Below are positions 59,922 to 64,000 of a stretch of 64,000 bases of DNA, one piece after another; position 1 is the stretch's first letter; every line of letters begins with the position of its first letter. This DNA is from Pseudomonadota bacterium (GTDB taxonomy: Bacteria; Myxococcota_A; UBA9042; GCA-2863065). The notes beneath the pieces are model-generated. The model was not told the origin of the DNA. It did not search any database and worked only from the letters and a program-made list of their open reading frames with translations. The translations under genes and the position numbers were made by a program. Location of the stretch: assembly GCA_005776725.1 (NCBI GenBank), contig SXOO01000158.1, positions 2,769 through 66,768 on the forward strand. Reading direction: 5' to 3'.

Positions 59922-61629
59922 GCTCGGGCTGGCCGTCATCGTCGGCCTGGCGGTGGTGGGTGCGGCGTGGCGCGCCTGGGAGCTGCCGGTGGACGCACCC
60001 TCCGTCGCTGGCGATGCCTCCGCGGCGCGAGTCGGCGCAACGGCTCCACCGTCGCCTGGCCCGTTGGCCGCCAGCGTTCCGGCGTCGACCGACTGGCGGG
60101 TGCGCCTCGCCGTGGAGTCGTCGCTCCGCGTCGGCGAACAAGCGCTGGACGGTCGTGTCGTGTTGGACGCCGACCTGAGGCTCACGCAGGAAGGCCCGGG
60201 AGTTTTCCGCGCGGGGTTCTCCGCCGTGCGTGCCGCCAGTGCCGCCGTCATGGGCGTGCCCTTCAGCGGCCAACTCACCCACGCCGTGGCGCGCCTCACG
60301 CTGGGCTCGGACGGCGCCCTGGTCGGCCTCTCCGTCTCCAAGGGCGCCTCGCCGCTCTTCACGCACCTCATGGGCATGCTGGCGCGCGAGACCTTCCCGC
60401 CCACCGGCGGCGGCCGCACTCGTCAGGAGGTCAGCGCTGTGGGGGAGGCGCAAGCGGTCTATAGGTTCGGCCCCGCAGGTTTCACGCGCGCCCGACGGTA
60501 CAAGGCGCCGGGGACCGCCGCCGCAACGCTCACGCTGGCGTGCCCCCCGGGCGTCGACCCGGGAGCGCTCATCTGTGTGGAGCGCTTCCACGCCACCGAG
60601 CGCCTCGACGACGGGCGGGGCTTCTCGGCGAGCCTCGACGCCGAGCGCGTGCGCATCGGGACCACGGAGGTGGCGGTGATGTCGCTCGCCACTCCCACCG
60701 CCGTGGCACCGCCCGCTGCGCCCGCCACGCCGATGCCGGCGCTCACCCAGACTGCGCTGCTGGGGACGCTCGCCGCGCCCCCCGCCCCGGGGGCGGAGCG
60801 CGCCCGCTTTGCCTGGGACGCCACACGCACGCTCGCGCTGGATCCTGCGGCCGTGCGCGCGACTGAGGCGCAGCTACGCCGATCGCGAGGCCCCGATCGC
60901 GACCTGGGCCTCGACCTCCTCGCTCAAGCGGGCACGCCGGCAGCGCAGGCGGCGTTCGTTCGCCTCGTGGAGGACGCGGTCCACGAGGAACGCCCTGAGG
61001 CCGCGGCCGAGCTCCAGCGTTCGGTGCTGATCCCGGCGCCCACAGCGGAGACACGCGCGGCGCTCGATCGATGGTGGACGAACGGGCCCTCGCGCGACGT
61101 GCGCCTCGCCGCGGCGCACGCGCTAGGCGCGGCGTCGGCGGGCGACGAGGCGGTGGCGAAGCGGCTCGCTGACGCGGCGCGCGGGAGCGACCGCCCGGCC
61201 CTCTTGGGGGCGCTCGGCAACACCGACACGACCACCGCCGCCGCTGTCCTGCAAGCCGCACTGGCGGAGGGAGGGGAGGCCGCGGTCTCGGCTGCCCGGG
61301 GCCTCCGACACCACCCGGTGGCGCTGCCGGCTCTCGTGGCGCGACTGGCGGGCGAGCTTGCACTGGCGCGCGCCGCGCTCGATGCGCTCACCACGCTCGC
61401 CCGCTCGTCGCCCGAGGTGGTGCCGTCCGTGGCGGCGGCAGGGGTGGCTGGGGCGATCAACCCCAAGCTGGCGGGCCAGCTCCTAACGTTCTTTCAGCGA
61501 CATCTCGCCGGGCCAAACCGCCCGGCGCTCGTCGCGGCTGCAGCCGTGATCGCGGAGCTCCCCGGGGTGGACCCGGTGACGCGCGGCCGGATGCGTGACT
61601 TCGTCATCCTCGCCGGAGCCCCCTCATGA
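59911..61629 (+). CDS. membrane-anchored hypothetical protein with Ala-rich HEAT/ARM-like C-terminal repeats
   Basis: Frame of ORF 59875..61629; ATG at 59911 (11-nt overlap with the upstream stop). MRRRLGLAVIVGLAVVGAAW anchor, a beta-rich ~250-aa region, then helical repeats (DVRLAAAHALGAASAGDEAVAKRLADAARGSDRPALLGALGNT...). Confidence 0.65.
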   Translation: MRRRLGLAVIVGLAVVGAAWRAWELPVDAPSVAGDASAARVGATAPPSPGPLAASVPASTDWRVRLAVESSLRVGEQALDGRVVLDADLRLTQEGPGVFRAGFSAVRAASAAVMGVPFSGQLTHAVARLTLGSDGALVGLSVSKGASPLFTHLMGMLARETFPPTGGGRTRQEVSAVGEAQAVYRFGPAGFTRARRYKAPGTAAATLTLACPPGVDPGALICVERFHATERLDDGRGFSASLDAERVRIGTTEVAVMSLATPTAVAPPAAPATPMPALTQTALLGTLAAPPAPGAERARFAWDATRTLALDPAAVRATEAQLRRSRGPDRDLGLDLLAQAGTPAAQAAFVRLVEDAVHEERPEAAAELQRSVLIPAPTAETRAALDRWWTNGPSRDVRLAAAHALGAASAGDEAVAKRLADAARGSDRPALLGALGNTDTTTAAAVLQAALAEGGEAAVSAARGLRHHPVALPALVARLAGELALARAALDALTTLARSSPEVVPSVAAAGVAGAINPKLAGQLLTFFQRHLAGPNRPALVAAAAVIAELPGVDPVTRGRMRDFVILAGAPS

Positions 61630-63218
61630 TCAGACGACTGTTCTCCCTGTGCCTTGCCAGCGTGCTCGTGGCTTGCGGTGCTGCTTCGCCGGACGCGACG
61701 CCTGCAGACACCCTCACGTCCTCCGAAGAGGTGGGCCCCGCCGACTCCTCCTCCCCGGACGACGTGCTCGGGACCGAGGACGTGCTCGAGGCGGACGCGC
61801 CTCCTTCCGAGGACGCTGGGTCGGAAGACATCACGGCGTCGGACGACGTCCCGGCGCCGGAGGACGCGCCAGCCCCCGACGACGCGCCAGCCCCCGAGGA
61901 CGCGCCCGCTCCCGAGGACCTCGGGACGCTGGACGACGTCGCGGTGCCCGAGGATGGCGGAGCACTGGACGACGCCCCGTCGCCGGACGACGTCCCTGCG
62001 CCAGACGATGGGGGGGCGCTGGACGACGCCGCGTCGCCGGACGACGTCACGGCACCGGACGACGCGCCCCTACCTGAGGACGTGGGTACGCCGGACGACC
62101 TGACCGCACCGGACGACGTAGGCACTCCGGTGGGCGAGGCGGCCTGTAACGACGGCCTCGACGACGACGGGGACGACGCCATCGACTGCGCCGATTCGGA
62201 TTGTGCGGAGGTCAGCCCGTGCGACGCGCCCAGCACGTGCTGCACCGAGGGTGGGGCATGCGCCGAGCTCGCCGTGGCGGCGTGTGTTTGCGCGGAAGAC
62301 CCCGCGTGCTGCGCGGGCCCCTGGGACGCCTTCTGCGCCGCGCGGGCCGCCACCTGCGGCGGGCGCTGCGGCGCCACCGCGAGCTGCTGCGCGCCCGCGC
62401 CCACTTCGGGCTGCGCTGATGCGGACGTCACGAGCTGCGTGTGCGCGCTGCGGCCCCAGTGCTGCGAAGGCGCTTGGGACCTCGGTTGCACCGCAGCAGC
62501 GGCCGGGTGTGGCGCGTCGTGCCCCGGGGTTGTCCCCCCAGAGAACTGCACGAACGACGCCGACGACGACGGCGACGGGGCGATCGACTGCGAGGACGCC
62601 GGGTGCATCGCTCAGGCCGCCTGCGCGGCGCCCGCGCCGAACTGCTGCACCCCGCACCCGGGCGGAGGATGCTCCACGTCGGCAGCGCAGGAAGCCTGCG
62701 TCTGCGCGCTGGAACCTGCGTGTTGCCAGGAGTCGTGGGACCTGATCTGCGTGGCGAGAGCCCTCGACACGTGCGGCGCCACCTGCGCTCCTCCGGACGA
62801 GGACTGCACCGGAGGCGTGGACGAGGACCTCGACGGGCTCGCGGACTGCCTGGATCCCAGCTGCGCCGACGTGTTCCCGTGCTCGCTGCTGGCGCCGCCT
62901 TGCTGCGAGCCCAGCGTATTCCCGGGTTGCGCGCTCCCGGCCGTAGAAGCGTGCGTCTGCGCCGAGGCGCCAGAGTGCTGCACGGGCCCGTGGGGGCCGG
63001 ACTGCGCCGCCGCGGCAGGAACGTGCGGGATGCCCTGCCCAGTGGGGCCCGCCGACGGGCCGTGCTGCGCGGCAACGCTCGGGCTGCCCGGTTGCGGGGC
63101 CGCGCCAGCGGTGGAGGCGTGCGTCTGCGCGCTCGACAGCACGTGCTGCTCCATCGGCTGGGATGCCGCGTGCGTCGCCTTGAGCGTGGCGGCCAGCTGT
63201 CAGACGTGCGCTGACTGA
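61626..63218 (+). CDS. lipoprotein: acidic Pro/Asp spacer plus 5 x ten-Cys repeat module interleaved with Asp-rich Cys motifs
   Basis: ORF 61626..63218 (ATGA overlap with the upstream stop). Lipobox ASVLVAC. Residues ~36-170 are DDVPAPEDAPAPDDAPAPEDAPAPED... Repeats run from residue 205 to the C-terminus. Confidence 0.8.
   Translation: MIRRLFSLCLASVLVACGAASPDATPADTLTSSEEVGPADSSSPDDVLGTEDVLEADAPPSEDAGSEDITASDDVPAPEDAPAPDDAPAPEDAPAPEDLGTLDDVAVPEDGGALDDAPSPDDVPAPDDGGALDDAASPDDVTAPDDAPLPEDVGTPDDLTAPDDVGTPVGEAACNDGLDDDGDDAIDCADSDCAEVSPCDAPSTCCTEGGACAELAVAACVCAEDPACCAGPWDAFCAARAATCGGRCGATASCCAPAPTSGCADADVTSCVCALRPQCCEGAWDLGCTAAAAGCGASCPGVVPPENCTNDADDDGDGAIDCEDAGCIAQAACAAPAPNCCTPHPGGGCSTSAAQEACVCALEPACCQESWDLICVARALDTCGATCAPPDEDCTGGVDEDLDGLADCLDPSCADVFPCSLLAPPCCEPSVFPGCALPAVEACVCAEAPECCTGPWGPDCAAAAGTCGMPCPVGPADGPCCAATLGLPGCGAAPAVEACVCALDSTCCSIGWDAACVALSVAASCQTCAD
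61731..62135 (+). repeat. low-complexity coding repeat (Asp/Glu/Pro/Ala; 15-18-nt units such as gacgcgccagcccccgaS)
   Basis: gaggacgcgccagcccccgacgacgcgccagcccccgaggacgcgcccgctcccgaggac..., plus longer ~54-nt units (ggRgcRctggacgacgccScgtcgccggacgacgtc). Confidence 0.8.
62238..63215 (+). repeat. coding array, 5 copies of the same ten-Cys module as 56097-57500
   Basis: CCTEGGACAELAVAACVCAEDPACCAGPWDAFCAARAATCGGRC; CCAPAPTSGCADADVTSCVCALRPQCCEGAWDLGCTAAAAGCGASC; CCTPHPGGGCSTSAAQEACVCALEPACCQESWDLICVARALDTCGATC; CCEPSVFPGCALPAVEACVCAEAPECCTGPWGPDCAAAAGTCGMPC; CCAATLGLPGCGAAPAVEACVCALDSTCCSIGWDAACVALSVAASCQTC. Confidence 0.85.
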
Positions 63219-63297
63219 CCCTCGATAGAGCGCCAGCGCTTCTGTCTGCTGCTGGGGCGCCTCGCGGGCGCCGACTGGCCCGTGCGACACCCGGACG

Positions 63298-64000
63298 TCA
63301 CCTCCGGTAATAGGGCAGGCCGGTCCCGCGCTCGACGACCGCCCCGGAGGTCCTCCGGCATCGCGAGTCAACGAAGCTCCGGGGGCGGAGCTCGGATGGC
63401 CAGAGGGTCGTGGCGTCGCGATGACCGGCCCCCACGGTGGGGAACAAGTCGAGGCCAGAGACGCGCTCCACAGCCGCCAACGTCACCACCCCCCGCTGCA
63501 GCGCCCCGCGGAGCTCGTGTGCGCGCACCTCGCTCTGATTGTGTGGCAGCAGAATGGAGACCGTCTCCACGGTCCCCTCCGCCGTCTTGCGCGCAAGGAC
63601 CTTGAAGAACGCAGAGGGCACGGCGACGCGCCGCTCGCGGTCCCCGCGGGCCATACGCACGACCGTATCGGGTGCGTCTGGAGCGGCGTCGCGGTCGTAG
63701 TCGAAGACCGCGCCGGTGACCACGAAGACCGGAGAGGACTGGGCGTAGTCTCGGACCAGGGCCTCGAGCATCATCCAGACGCCGCGATTGAACTGGCAGA
63801 ACTGCGGCGCCATGTTCGACATGACGAAGGTGTTCAGCATCCCCACGGAGTCGATCGCGTCGGCGCTGGGCACCATGTGGCCCTGGTCGAACAGCGGCTC
63901 CCGATAGTCCGAGGGCCGTGACGCCTCCACGCCTCTGAGGCGTGGATCCGCCCGAAAGCAGTCGCGGCGCCGCACGCCGTCCCCCGCCGTCACCTGATTC
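63298..64000 (-). CDS. DNA/RNA non-specific endonuclease family protein, partial (N-terminus beyond right edge)
   Basis: Frame of ORF 63298..63993 stays open to the window edge. FDQGHMVPSAD (DRGH-type catalytic His) and SNMAPQFCQFNRGVWMMLE (Asn/Glu metal site pattern). Confidence 0.7.
   Translation of the reverse strand, partial: NQVTAGDGVRRRDCFRADPRLRGVEASRPSDYREPLFDQGHMVPSADAIDSVGMLNTFVMSNMAPQFCQFNRGVWMMLEALVRDYAQSSPVFVVTGAVFDYDRDAAPDAPDTVVRMARGDRERRVAVPSAFFKVLARKTAEGTVETVSILLPHNQSEVRAHELRGALQRGVVTLAAVERVSGLDLFPTVGAGHRDATTLWPSELRPRSFVDSRCRRTSGAVVERGTGLPYYRR

Noticed and set aside
59911-60700. Idea that the beta-rich N-terminal half plus helical C-terminal half of the middle operon protein resembles a vitellogenin/apolipophorin LPD_N lipid-transfer architecture.
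   Set aside because: It rests only on a vague secondary-structure impression. I could identify no conserved LPD_N motifs, so I make no claim.
61731-62135. Short tandem DNA repeats that might be mistaken for a CRISPR or VNTR array.
   Set aside because: The units are 15-54 nt and contiguous, with no unique spacers, and they lie in frame inside a lipoprotein gene, where they encode an acidic Pro-rich linker. I saw no CRISPR array anywhere in the window.
1-64000. Scan of intergenic gaps (1739-2009, 2295-2676, 5705-5924, 16926-17033, 22901-23017, 24935-25043, 31598-31911, 34031-34139, 40236-40592, 43991-44183, 55792-56039, 63219-63297) for tRNA, rRNA, tmRNA or riboswitch-like sequences.
   Set aside because: No GTTCGAATC-type T-arm, acceptor-stem pairing or other recognisable RNA-gene signature was seen by eye. 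A proper tRNAscan/Infernal run is still needed.

Overview
Very GC-rich (about 70% by eye) bacterial chromosomal window, most likely Myxococcota. The evidence for that is a MYXO-CTERM-like sorting tail, many lipobox lipoproteins, a sigma-54-type promoter in front of a pilin-like gene, and giant secreted multidomain proteins. I call about 44 protein-coding genes, including one frameshifted pseudogene. I saw no rRNA, tRNA or CRISPR. Many neighbouring genes overlap by ATGA/GTGA, which I used to pick starts and to infer operons. Most long alternative-frame ORFs in the track are GC artefacts. Recognisable housekeeping genes are trpS, nadA, ccmC, a Clp/Hsp100 ATPase, a BamA-like Omp85 protein, a GT39 glycosyltransferase, a thioester alpha-2-macroglobulin, an ECF sigma/anti-sigma pair and a VapBC-type toxin-antitoxin pair. 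Most interesting observations: (1) A three-gene, translationally coupled, fully exported operon at 56040-63218. It is built around a ~50-aa module with ten cysteines that I cannot assign to any known family (9 + 5 copies), plus about 800 aa and about 570 aa of unassignable sequence. (2) A ~2-kb two-gene insertion (ParA-like ATPase plus a decayed AlbA_2/HATPase_c_4 gene) bounded by ~125-bp imperfect direct repeats that duplicate the 3' ends of both flanking genes. (3) A clear homologue of the archaeal chromatin protein MC1. (4) A thioester A2M co-transcribed with signal-peptide-bearing AMMECR1 and VanW proteins instead of the usual pbpC partner. (5) A four-gene overlap chain of cytochrome c, truncated asparaginase, GT39 and an ATPase-TPR-wHTH regulator. 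All functional calls rest on motif recognition by eye; no searches were run. Start codons are inferred and could each shift by tens of codons.
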